Origin: Candidatus Nanopusillus acidilobi
GTDB taxonomy: Archaea > Nanobdellota > Nanobdellia > Nanobdellales > Nanobdellaceae
Direction of reading: 5' to 3'
NCBI GenBank assembly: GCA_001552015.1
Contig: CP010514.1
Coordinates: forward strand, 360,001 to 392,000
Length of the DNA: 32,000 nt
Shown here: piece by piece, positions 8,291 through 17,137 of the stretch
How the letters are laid out: the number at the start of each line of letters is the position of its first letter
Position numbering within the stretch: the first letter of the stretch is position 1
Notes under the pieces: model-generated
Database searches by the model: none
What the model was told of the DNA's origin: nothing
What the model saw: the letters and a program-made list of their open reading frames with translations, nothing else
Program-made: the position numbers and the translations under genes

Positions 8291-8339
8291 ATGATGATGT
8301 GGACACAATCTGATTAATGATGAAAGGAGTAGCTACTGA
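8291..8339 (+). ncRNA. Box C/D sRNA (2'-O-methylation guide), core from C box to D box
   Basis: The layout is: C box ATGATGA (8291-8297); 12-nt spacer TGTGGACACAAT; D' CTGA (8310-8313); 3-nt linker; C' ATGATGA (8317-8323); 12-nt spacer AAGGAGTAGCTA; D CTGA (8336-8339); then TTTTT. This is the canonical archaeal 12-nt-guide architecture in an otherwise unassigned 117-bp gap. Confidence 0.75.
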
Positions 8340-8369
8340 TTTTTAAATTCCTATATATTATTATTTATT

Positions 8370-8726
8370 ATGCCATTAATAATACCATCACCAGAATATG
8401 CTAAAAGAAGGAAAATATTACAAGTTGATAATAAAATTAAAAAATTGGAAAAAGAAAGAAGTGGAAAAATAACTTTAGTATTAAAAAAAGAAATAGACCT
8501 AAATAATGTTGATGAATCATTAAAATTTATATCAATGTTAAAAGAATTGGAAGGGAGAAATTTCTTTGATGAATTATATATTGTTAAATCTGACAAAGTA
8601 TATGATTATTTAGATATAGAAAAAGAATTAGATCAAAAAAATATAGAAAAGAAGAAACTGATAAAATTGTATGATATAGTAAGTAGACTTACAGATATAA
8701 TAGATAAAATTAAAAAAATCTATTAG
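8370..8726 (+). CDS. Hypothetical protein
   Basis: 118 aa, K/E/I-rich like the other genes, preferred over the antisense 81-aa ORF 8351..8596. Its 3' end overlaps the convergent coiled-coil gene by 4 nt. I recognise no domain. Confidence 0.45.
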   Translation: MPLIIPSPEYAKRRKILQVDNKIKKLEKERSGKITLVLKKEIDLNNVDESLKFISMLKELEGRNFFDELYIVKSDKVYDYLDIEKELDQKNIEKKKLIKLYDIVSRLTDIIDKIKKIY

Positions 8727-9886
8727 TATTTGTATTCGTTTTCTTCTTTTATATTTTTAGATAATAGTAATCTCTTTATATTTTCTATATCATTTTCTAA
8801 TATTTTTATTTTCTCTATTTCATTTATTATATATTCAAAATTAGATAAATCAATGAAATTCTCTATTTTCTTTATTTTATTCATTAAATTTTCATAATCT
8901 GATAATACAGATTCTAATATATCTTTAGAATCATATAATTCTGTTTTTACCTTTCTTATTTCCTCCCTAATATTATTTAGGCTTTCTTCCAATTTATTAT
9001 ATTTTTCATTAATTTCTTCTATTTTATCCATTTCGTTTATTTTAGATCTCAAATCTGTAACCAAATTATTTAATTCCTCAAATAATGCATATATACTATT
9101 TAATCTATTTTCAAAGTTTATATATTTGTTATATAATTCTTCATAAGCTTTAAATTGTTTTACATTTTTAATATCATCATTTGTTAATTGTAATAAGTAA
9201 TTCATATTACTTATTTTATTATTAATTTCAGAATATTTTTCTTCATATTTCTTTTCTATCTCTTCCAATTTACTATTAACATTATATAGATCTTTTTCCC
9301 TTATTTCATTTATCATTTCAGATATTTTATTATATTGCAATAGATCTTTAGATAAATTATCTATTGTTTTGGATACTAAATTTGCCAAATTATCAACTTT
9401 TGCTTTTAGATCATTAAAATCATTAATACTTGTATATGAGTCTTCTAATTTATTTAATCTATCTATTGAATCTTCTAATTTATTCCTTAATTCTTTTATA
9501 TTATTTATAACATCCTCATATTGTGTTATTTTATTACTTAGAGAATTTATATCAAGTTCTAATTTATTTATTTTTGATTTTATATTTACTATAGTAGAAT
9601 AATCAACAAAGTTTTTCTGATTATTTTCTAATACATCTACTTTTATTTTCAAATCATTTAAATATCTTATTTTATCCAATAAATCTTCATTTAATATTTC
9701 TTTATAATTATCTAATACTTTTTCTACATTTTCTAATTCTTCTTTCAAGGCTTTTAATTGATTATTAAATTCTTCTCTATTTACAAAATTATTCAAGCTT
9801 CTTTTTATTTCTGATATTCTATTATTAAAATTTTTTACATATGAAAAAAATTCATCAATTAGATTTTCATCTTTATTTAAATCCAT
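8723..9886 (-). CDS. Long coiled-coil protein, unknown function
   Basis: 387 aa with heptad-like N/K/E/L/I periodicity almost throughout, no TM segment and no Cys. An internal 14-nt direct repeat (tcttctaatttatt at 9442-9455 and 9470-9483) encodes NKLEDS twice. Confidence 0.6.
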   Translation of the reverse strand: MDLNKDENLIDEFFSYVKNFNNRISEIKRSLNNFVNREEFNNQLKALKEELENVEKVLDNYKEILNEDLLDKIRYLNDLKIKVDVLENNQKNFVDYSTIVNIKSKINKLELDINSLSNKITQYEDVINNIKELRNKLEDSIDRLNKLEDSYTSINDFNDLKAKVDNLANLVSKTIDNLSKDLLQYNKISEMINEIREKDLYNVNSKLEEIEKKYEEKYSEINNKISNMNYLLQLTNDDIKNVKQFKAYEELYNKYINFENRLNSIYALFEELNNLVTDLRSKINEMDKIEEINEKYNKLEESLNNIREEIRKVKTELYDSKDILESVLSDYENLMNKIKKIENFIDLSNFEYIINEIEKIKILENDIENIKRLLLSKNIKEENEYKY

Positions 9887-9921
9887 AAACTAATTATGTA
9901 TAATAAATTTTATTAAACTTA

Positions 9922-10239
9922 CTATATATTTTTTAATAATTCTTTTCTTATATCATCAATTTCTTTCTTTATCATATCATATTTCAATTCTAAATTATAT
10001 AATCTTTTTTTAATATCATCTATATCTTTAAATTTTAACCTTATTTCCAATAAAAGCATTTTTAATTCTTTCAATAATTTATTATATTCATTATCTTTAT
10101 CAAATACATTTTTTAATTTCATATATTTCTCATAAATTTCATCTTTTATTTTTTTATTTTTTTCTAATTCTTCTTTTAAATCCTTAATCTTATTTTCTAA
10201 ATCTTCTATGATTTTTTCATATTCATTTATTTCATCCAT
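9922..10239 (-). CDS. Small coiled-coil protein, unknown function
   Basis: 105 aa, entirely helical and charged (IEDLENKIKDLKEELEKNKK...). Its start overlaps the polB stop by 8 nt. Confidence 0.5.
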   Translation of the reverse strand: MDEINEYEKIIEDLENKIKDLKEELEKNKKIKDEIYEKYMKLKNVFDKDNEYNKLLKELKMLLLEIRLKFKDIDDIKKRLYNLELKYDMIKKEIDDIRKELLKNI

Positions 10240-12652
10240 TTTTAAAAAATGATAATATATCTTTTTGAGCTTTTCCTATATTTTCCATGGATATATTTAA
10301 TGCTTTTAATATAGGTTCTATAGCTGGTAAAACCTGTTTATATATATAATATTCTGGATCATATTCATTATCTTTAACCTCATCTAATACTCTAACTTTA
10401 TCAGAAATTTTTTCACCACCTTTTACTATAATATATTCAACTATAAATCCCCTTCTAACATCATAACCTTTTTCTTTATATTTTTTTGCTGCTATAATAT
10501 GTGGAGCTGTAACCTCATATTCTGATAAATCTTTTCTTAATTGTTCCCTTAATATAAATTTCTCTTTAGGATAAACATGATTTCTTATATTTTTAATAAC
10601 TTCTGACAGATAATCATTTATTTCTCTTATTTTTCCTTCTAGTGCTAATCTAATTACATTTTCTTGAACTTCCCCAGCAATTTCTGACCAATCTCTTCTA
10701 ACAACTTCAAAACCTCTTAATTTAATATTTTTATTTTCAGATAATAATGCATATTTTTTTCTAGCACCACCCTCTCCAGATCTTTTTTCTACAAATATCC
10801 CAGATATATAATAATCTTCAAATTCCATTTCCAATGGTTTTGGCAAAATATTATTTATTTTATTTAATAAATTTAGAGCATTTTCTTTATTATCTACAAT
10901 AACAAATATAGAATCTGTATCTCCATATAATATTTTATATCCACTTTTTTCAATAAAATCTTTTACTTCTAATATATGTTTTCTACCTAAAGCAGTTACT
11001 GCAGCCGCACATTCTAAACAATACCATCTAGAATTTGGAAAACCCAAATAACCATATGTGGAATTTATTATATATTTTAATGCTGTCTGTCTACTATCAA
11101 TTATTTTATATTCCTCAGAATTTTTATCTAAACTTTTTAAAGCTTTCTTTAAATTTGCTCTTTCTTCAAATACTTTTTCTAATACTGCAGATATAAATCC
11201 TTTTTTCTTTTTACAGAACCATACTTCAGATTTTCCTAAACTTGTTTCAATAGTTATTTTATCTTTCATGCATTCTTCATGCTCACATTTCAATGTATCT
11301 GGAGAAATATTATATCTAATTATTATTGAAGGATATAGAGATCTGAAATCAAAAACAGCAATATTTTTATATAAACCAGGTTTTGGTTCCAATACAATAG
11401 CACCAGTATATGTTACCCTTTTTCTTTTATCTACTTCTTCAGGATCTGGTCTATTTGGAATTATTTCATTAAATTCTTTTGCCCTTTTTATTAGATAATT
11501 TTCTACAAGTATTCCATATGTACTTCCCGATAATTCATATAATGTAATTCCAACCAATCTTGCTAACTCTAATAAAATTCCTTCAAAATGTTTATATAAT
11601 TTATAAGTTAATTCCACATCTTTTCTATTATATTTTATTAGATAACTGAAATCTTTTTTATTATAAATTATATCTGACATTTTATCTAAATCCATATCTA
11701 ATTTTCCTTCTCCTAGTATTTCCATAGCAACTTCATCTAAAGAATATGTTTCAGAATTTAATTGCGGTGCAAATATTGTTGTAACAATATCATATAAATC
11801 AACATTTTGTATTCCAACTACCCTATATTTTTTATCTTCTTCTCTTTTTTTAGTATATACTATTCCTTTTCCATCCCATCCAAAATCAAAATTAAATCCT
11901 AATCTTTTTGCTTTCTCATATAAAAAGTATAAATCAAAATTATTTGAATTATATCCAACAATTACATCTGGATCCAAACTTTTAATTATTTCATTAAATT
12001 TTTTCAATAATTCTAATTCACTATTTACTTTTATTCCTTCATTTGATTCCCCTCCCCAATATATTGAATAATATTTTTCTCCATCATATATTGAAATAAT
12101 GTAAATATATGCTTTTTCTGGTGATATTATAGATTTATTAGAAGCTGTTTCTATATCAAATGATATAACTTTTAATTTATATTTATTTTCAACCATCCCG
12201 TTATTTTTCTTTAATTTGTAATAATCTATATTATCTCCTTTTTTTATTAATTCCAATTCCAAATCATATGTATATAATGGATATATATCATTATCTATTT
12301 GAAACTTTTTTATTATACTTATATCACCTTCTTTTTTTCCAATTATTTTTCCTTCTTCCTTTAATTTATCAGCAAAATTTTTTATTTTATCATAATCATC
12401 CTGACTTAAATAAACTTTTATTACAGTATATTCCTTTCCTATAAAATTTTTCTTTAGAATTTCAAAATTTTTCACATATTTTTCATCTTTCAATTTATTT
12501 TTTATTTCTTCTAAATATTTTTCATCTTTTAATATTAAATATACATAAAATGGTTGATCATACTCTATTCTTACCTTCTTTCCATTTTCATCCCTTCCAT
12601 AAATATAAACTTTTTCTTTATCATGATCAAAATCTAATACAAATACTTTCAT
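10232..12652 (-). CDS. polB: Family B DNA polymerase (PolB), contiguous, no intein
   Basis: 806 aa. Exo I is SFDIET, Exo II is YNSNNFDLYFL and Exo III is YNRKDVELTY. Pol motif A is DFRSLYPSII, motif B is KYIINSTYGYLG and motif C is YGDTDS. The C-terminal PIP box is QKDILSFF. Confidence 0.95.
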   Translation of the reverse strand: MKVFVLDFDHDKEKVYIYGRDENGKKVRIEYDQPFYVYLILKDEKYLEEIKNKLKDEKYVKNFEILKKNFIGKEYTVIKVYLSQDDYDKIKNFADKLKEEGKIIGKKEGDISIIKKFQIDNDIYPLYTYDLELELIKKGDNIDYYKLKKNNGMVENKYKLKVISFDIETASNKSIISPEKAYIYIISIYDGEKYYSIYWGGESNEGIKVNSELELLKKFNEIIKSLDPDVIVGYNSNNFDLYFLYEKAKRLGFNFDFGWDGKGIVYTKKREEDKKYRVVGIQNVDLYDIVTTIFAPQLNSETYSLDEVAMEILGEGKLDMDLDKMSDIIYNKKDFSYLIKYNRKDVELTYKLYKHFEGILLELARLVGITLYELSGSTYGILVENYLIKRAKEFNEIIPNRPDPEEVDKRKRVTYTGAIVLEPKPGLYKNIAVFDFRSLYPSIIIRYNISPDTLKCEHEECMKDKITIETSLGKSEVWFCKKKKGFISAVLEKVFEERANLKKALKSLDKNSEEYKIIDSRQTALKYIINSTYGYLGFPNSRWYCLECAAAVTALGRKHILEVKDFIEKSGYKILYGDTDSIFVIVDNKENALNLLNKINNILPKPLEMEFEDYYISGIFVEKRSGEGGARKKYALLSENKNIKLRGFEVVRRDWSEIAGEVQENVIRLALEGKIREINDYLSEVIKNIRNHVYPKEKFILREQLRKDLSEYEVTAPHIIAAKKYKEKGYDVRRGFIVEYIIVKGGEKISDKVRVLDEVKDNEYDPEYYIYKQVLPAIEPILKALNISMENIGKAQKDILSFFKNG

Positions 12653-12682
12653 AAAAAATTATTGTAAAATATTAATTAAAGT

Positions 12683-14125
12683 TTAACCTTTTATAACTGC
12701 TATTGGTCTTAATCTTACAACAATTTTAGATATACCTAATTCGTCAGTTACTTTTACAACTTCATCAACATTTTTATAAGCTTCAGGTACTTCTTCAACT
12801 ACACCTTCTTTTGTTGTAGATTTTACATAGATTCCTCTTTCTTCTAAATTTTTAATTATTTCATTATAATTAAATGATCTTCTAGCAGCAGCTCTTGACA
12901 TATTTCTTCCAGCACCATGTGCAGAAGATCCAAATGATAACTCCATAGATTTTTCAGATCCTATTAATACATATGATGCTGTTCCCATTGAACCTGGAAT
13001 TAATACTGGTTGTCCAATTTTTCTATAATCTTCAACCAATTCTTCTGAACCTGATGGAAATGCTCTAGTAGCACCCTTTCTATGAACAATCAATTTTTTC
13101 TTTTTACCATCAACTTTATGTTCTTCAATTTTTGCAATATTATGAGCTACATCATATATAACATTTAATCCAATATCTTCTGCTGGATGATTATATATCT
13201 TTTGGAATGACTTTCTAATAAAATATGTTATTATTTGTCTATTATTCCATGCAAAATTTGCTGCAGCACTCATTGACTTCCAATAATTATTTCCATCATC
13301 AGATTGAAATGGTAAATATACTAATTCTTTATCCGGTAATTTATTTATTTCTTCTCTATATTTTTTCAATCCTAGATCTATATAATCTGATGCAATTTGA
13401 TGTCCAAAACCTCTAGAACCTGTATGAATTAATACCGTTACTTGTCCTTCTTCATATATTCCCAATTTATTTGCTATATCTTTATCAAATATCTTATCAA
13501 CTACCTGTATTTCAATGAAATGGTTTCCAGATCCTATAGTTCCTAATTGATCTATTCCTCTTCTAATTGCTAAATCTGATACATGCTCTATTGAAGCATC
13601 TTTTAATCTACCATAAGATTCTACATGTTCCAAATCCTCTTTCCATGCATAACCTTCTCTATAACTCCATTCTAAACCTTCTTCTACAGCATCCTTAAAT
13701 TGTCCTGGAGATAAAACAATCTTTCCAGTTTCTCCAACTCCGGCAGGTACATTTCTAAATATTTCATTTACAATTTCTTTTAATTTTGGTTTTATCTCTT
13801 CATATTTTAAATTTGTTCTTAACAATCTTACACCACAATTTATATCATATCCTATCCCACCTGGAGAAATTATTCCTTCATTTATATCAAATGCAGCAAC
13901 TCCTCCAACTGGAAATCCATAGCCTTCATGCCCATCCGGCATTATAATAGAATATTTTTGTATTCCAGGTAAACTAGCAACATTCTTTCCTTGTATTAAT
14001 GTTTTATCCTCTTTCATCTTTTCTATTAACTTATCATTTGCATATACTCTAACTGGAACATTCATTCCATTTTCTTTAGGTATTTCATATATATTTTCAG
14101 ATATTTTTCTTAACTTTATATCCAT
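12683..14125 (-). CDS. rtcB: RNA-splicing (tRNA) ligase RtcB
   Basis: 480 aa with the motifs GYDINCGVRL, GSGNHFIE, HTGSRGFGHQ, HRKGATRA, PGSMGTASY and SSAHGAGR. No intein is present. Confidence 0.95.
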   Translation of the reverse strand: MDIKLRKISENIYEIPKENGMNVPVRVYANDKLIEKMKEDKTLIQGKNVASLPGIQKYSIIMPDGHEGYGFPVGGVAAFDINEGIISPGGIGYDINCGVRLLRTNLKYEEIKPKLKEIVNEIFRNVPAGVGETGKIVLSPGQFKDAVEEGLEWSYREGYAWKEDLEHVESYGRLKDASIEHVSDLAIRRGIDQLGTIGSGNHFIEIQVVDKIFDKDIANKLGIYEEGQVTVLIHTGSRGFGHQIASDYIDLGLKKYREEINKLPDKELVYLPFQSDDGNNYWKSMSAAANFAWNNRQIITYFIRKSFQKIYNHPAEDIGLNVIYDVAHNIAKIEEHKVDGKKKKLIVHRKGATRAFPSGSEELVEDYRKIGQPVLIPGSMGTASYVLIGSEKSMELSFGSSAHGAGRNMSRAAARRSFNYNEIIKNLEERGIYVKSTTKEGVVEEVPEAYKNVDEVVKVTDELGISKIVVRLRPIAVIKG

Positions 14126-14131
14126 AAAATA

Positions 14132-15301
14132 TTATTTATTATAATTCTTTAAAACATAATTTAAGAAAAGGAAGGAAATTCCTAAAATAATAAATGATAA
14201 AAACAAACCATATTGAACAGAAATATAATAAAGTAACAAAGATCCTATTGCACCACCCAAATTTCTAAATAAATATATATTTCCAAATTTTTGTGGATAA
14301 TTTAATATTATATAATTATCAAAGAAATATTGAAACATTGTCCATGAAAATGCAGCTAATATAAATAATACTGTTAGTATTATACCATTATATATTTTTG
14401 ATAAAGAAAATATTAAAGACAATAATATTATTATTCCTATAAAAAATCTAGAAAATATTCCAATTTTTATATTTCTAAAATTAATTTCCCTTTTATATAT
14501 TTTATATAATATTGAAGTATACAATCCATTTATAAATAATAAAAATGGAAAAATTGTAGATAAAGAAAATACATTTACAGAATAAACTAAAGATGCCCAA
14601 ACTAATGAAAATCCAATCAAAACAAATAGATTATATAATTCTAAATATCCTATTCTTAACTTTTTTATATTTAATGGAAATACTAAACCTTCAAATATAG
14701 GATATAGAGTTCCAAATTTATCTATATTATTTTCTGCAATTGAAAACATTTTATCAATTCTTTTCAATAAATTTAATTCATATGCGGATGAAAATAAAAA
14801 TAAATATAATTTCCTATATATAATAATTATCGTAGATAATAGCAATAAAATAAAAACTATATATATGTTATAAATCAGGGAAAGAAAAATAAGAGAAATT
14901 TGAGGTATTATTTCTCCAAAAGTCCAATAAATATTAAAATAGAAATTTAAGCCTACATCTCTATAATATAGTAAAAATGAAAAATATGTAGATGATGTTG
15001 TAATATTAAACAAGAAGAATGATAATATTAGTAAATAAATATTTGGATAAACTAATAGTAGAGAAGATAGGAGAGGCCCTATTACACCAATCATTGCAAT
15101 ATTAATATAATTTTTCTCATTTATTCTAATATTTCCAAATATTGCTGAACTTATTATTGATCCTATATAAGATATAGAAATTAAAGAATAATATATATTA
15201 GATGGGAAATTAAAATAATATGGGTAAACAAAGAATAAACTATTTAATATTCCCCCAACTAGATTATTACTAATTAAAATAATTTTTTCTTTATAATTCA
15301 T
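14132..15301 (-). CDS. Polytopic membrane protein, possible MFS-type transporter
   Basis: 389 aa. Two blocks of about six hydrophobic helices are separated by a charged loop (SSAYELNLLKRIDKMFSIAENNIDKFG). I see no diagnostic MFS motif, so the call rests on topology only. Confidence 0.4.
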   Translation of the reverse strand: MNYKEKIILISNNLVGGILNSLFFVYPYYFNFPSNIYYSLISISYIGSIISSAIFGNIRINEKNYINIAMIGVIGPLLSSLLLVYPNIYLLILSFFLFNITTSSTYFSFLLYYRDVGLNFYFNIYWTFGEIIPQISLIFLSLIYNIYIVFILLLLSTIIIIYRKLYLFLFSSAYELNLLKRIDKMFSIAENNIDKFGTLYPIFEGLVFPLNIKKLRIGYLELYNLFVLIGFSLVWASLVYSVNVFSLSTIFPFLLFINGLYTSILYKIYKREINFRNIKIGIFSRFFIGIIILLSLIFSLSKIYNGIILTVLFILAAFSWTMFQYFFDNYIILNYPQKFGNIYLFRNLGGAIGSLLLYYISVQYGLFLSFIILGISFLFLNYVLKNYNK

Positions 15302-15918
15302 TTTATTATATCTCTAAATTTTTCTTTTAATATATCTGCCAAAGCTATGCCTATAGCAATTGAAATTGAAATAACTATTCCACCAAAAAGTATTATAAAC
15401 ATATAGAGAAGAACTGGAGATAAAAGATTTAGATAGCTAAGTGTTAATACTAATACAAAAAATAAAACAATAAATCTTATTAAGCCTAATATAAAGTTTG
15501 CATATCTAAAATTTTGGATTAATGGATATAAAAAAGATCTCAATATAAATTCCATCATTGCATATGAAATTATTATTACAACAATTATTATCAATAGACT
15601 GTTTAATATATTAAAAACTAGGATTCCTATATTTCTAACATATGGAACTATGTAAAATGAAAATCCAATAAAATAAAAGTATATAAAGAACTTAACTATA
15701 TTTACTAGTAGATCTGTAAGAGAATATGCTGTCATTATTTGTTTATCATGTAGCCATTTATCTAGACCAAGAATTTTTTTTAGTATTATCTTAAGTATTA
15801 ATGCTGTAAGTTTTCCTATAAAATATCCAATTATAATAATAGAGACAGAAATTATTATTATTTTTAATATATTATAGTTAAATATCTGAAATATAAGATT
15901 GATAATACTTTCCAGCAT
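15298..15918 (-). CDS. Integral membrane protein, unknown function
   Basis: 206 aa with about 5-6 TM helices. Its stop overlaps the start of the downstream membrane gene (4 nt). Confidence 0.5.
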   Translation of the reverse strand: MLESIINLIFQIFNYNILKIIIISVSIIIIGYFIGKLTALILKIILKKILGLDKWLHDKQIMTAYSLTDLLVNIVKFFIYFYFIGFSFYIVPYVRNIGILVFNILNSLLIIIVVIIISYAMMEFILRSFLYPLIQNFRYANFILGLIRFIVLFFVLVLTLSYLNLLSPVLLYMFIILFGGIVISISIAIGIALADILKEKFRDIIK

Positions 15919-15993
15919 AATATTATCTAAAAAAATGATAATTTATAAATACATAGTCCTCCTAAAATTAACATAACTTTCAAAAATTAAAAG

Positions 15994-16066
15994 TAGCCCC
16001 GCGGGGATTCGAACCCCGGTCTCAGGGACCAAAACCCTGAATCCTAGACCACTAGACGACGGGGCT
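15994..16066 (-). tRNA. tRNA-Gln (anticodon UUG)
   Basis: Reverse complement: AGCCCCGTCGTCTAGTGGTCTAGGATTCAGGGTTTTGGTCCCTGAGACCGGGGTTCGAATCCCCGCGGGGCTA. The acceptor is AGCCCCG/CGGGGCT (A1-U72). The anticodon stem is CAGGG/CCCTG with loop TTTTGGT. The T arm is CGGGG-TTCGAAT-CCCCG. No intron and no encoded CCA. Confidence 0.9.
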
Positions 16067-16120
16067 ATATAGCATATCATATTCTTTAAATTTAATAATA
16101 TTTTTATTAAACAATTTTAT

Positions 16121-17137
16121 ATGAATGATACTGAAATGCTTAATTTTTTTAAATTAAGAGACAATCCCTTTAAACTAGAGGTAATTTTAGAAACTTTTGT
16201 TGGATATAATTTAGAAAGAACAAAACTATTAAATTCAATAAATAATAAAGAAAAAATTGTTTTGGTTTCTGGTCCTACTGGAGCAGGAAAAACAACATTA
16301 TTATTATGGATATACAATAATCTTAAAACAAAGAATAAAATATATATTTATAGGCCTTTTGAAAAAAGAGAAGAATTTGAAAAATATTTTATTGATAGAT
16401 TATCATTTTTTGAAAGATTAATATACAAATTTAAGAAATTTAATATAGTAGAATATTTAAATAAGAAAAATTTGATAATATTTTTAGATGAAGCTACTTT
16501 TTGTGATGACAATATTTTAGAATGGATAAAAGTTATGTCAGATCAAACAAATTGCACATTTATATTAGCAGGTTTACCGGAGTTTGAAGAAAGATTATTA
16601 AAAGAACATAGAACATTATATGAAAGAATTATCACAAAAATATATTTAAAATCTCTTGATCCTGAAAGCGGTAAATTATTAATTAAAAAAAGATTAGAGC
16701 TTGCAGGTAATCCAAATCTATTTACAGAAGATGCAATAGAAGAAATATATAATTTATCTGGAGGTTTACCAAGAGAAATATTAAAATATTCATACGAAGC
16801 ACTATTAATTGCATATAGAGAAAGAAAAAATATTATTGATAGAGATATTGTAGAAAAAATATATGAAGCAAAGAAACCTCCAACAGATTTATTAAAATTA
16901 ACAGAAAAACAAAGATATATAGTAGAATTAATAACAAAATATGGTCCAAAAACAGTTAATGAGTTATTAAAATTATTTAAGGAAAGATATTCTGATACAA
17001 CAATTCATGCAATATCAAATATATTAAAAAGAATGACCGAAAGTAAAATATTAATTAGGACAAAAGTAAAAGGTAAATTCGTATATGATGTTGTACCTGC
17101 AATAAAAGATTATTTCATAAGAGAAATAAATAAATGA
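16121..17137 (+). CDS. AAA+/P-loop ATPase with a C-terminal winged-helix domain (ExeA-like or divergent Orc1/Cdc6-like)
   Basis: 338 aa. The N-terminus has FKLRDNPF; Walker A is SGPTGAGKTTL; Walker B is IIFLDEATF. These are followed by LAGLPEFE..., a GGLPREI lid motif and a C-terminal wHTH-like LTEKQRYIVELITKYGPKTVNELL...ISNILKRMTESKILIR. The family assignment is ambiguous without a profile search. Confidence 0.55.
   Translation: MNDTEMLNFFKLRDNPFKLEVILETFVGYNLERTKLLNSINNKEKIVLVSGPTGAGKTTLLLWIYNNLKTKNKIYIYRPFEKREEFEKYFIDRLSFFERLIYKFKKFNIVEYLNKKNLIIFLDEATFCDDNILEWIKVMSDQTNCTFILAGLPEFEERLLKEHRTLYERIITKIYLKSLDPESGKLLIKKRLELAGNPNLFTEDAIEEIYNLSGGLPREILKYSYEALLIAYRERKNIIDRDIVEKIYEAKKPPTDLLKLTEKQRYIVELITKYGPKTVNELLKLFKERYSDTTIHAISNILKRMTESKILIRTKVKGKFVYDVVPAIKDYFIREINK

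Noticed and set aside
8351-8596. ORF 8351..8596 (-), 81 aa
   Set aside because: It competes with the 118-aa plus-strand ORF, which has the K/E/I-rich composition of the genuine genes here. The minus-strand translation is a low-complexity shadow. Neither ORF has a recognisable domain, so this choice is only moderately confident.
9369-13416. ORFs 9369..9602 (+), 11058..11498 (+) and 13225..13416 (+)
   Set aside because: They are antisense to the coiled-coil gene, polB and rtcB respectively. The sense genes are unambiguous for polB and rtcB, and these frames are composition artefacts.
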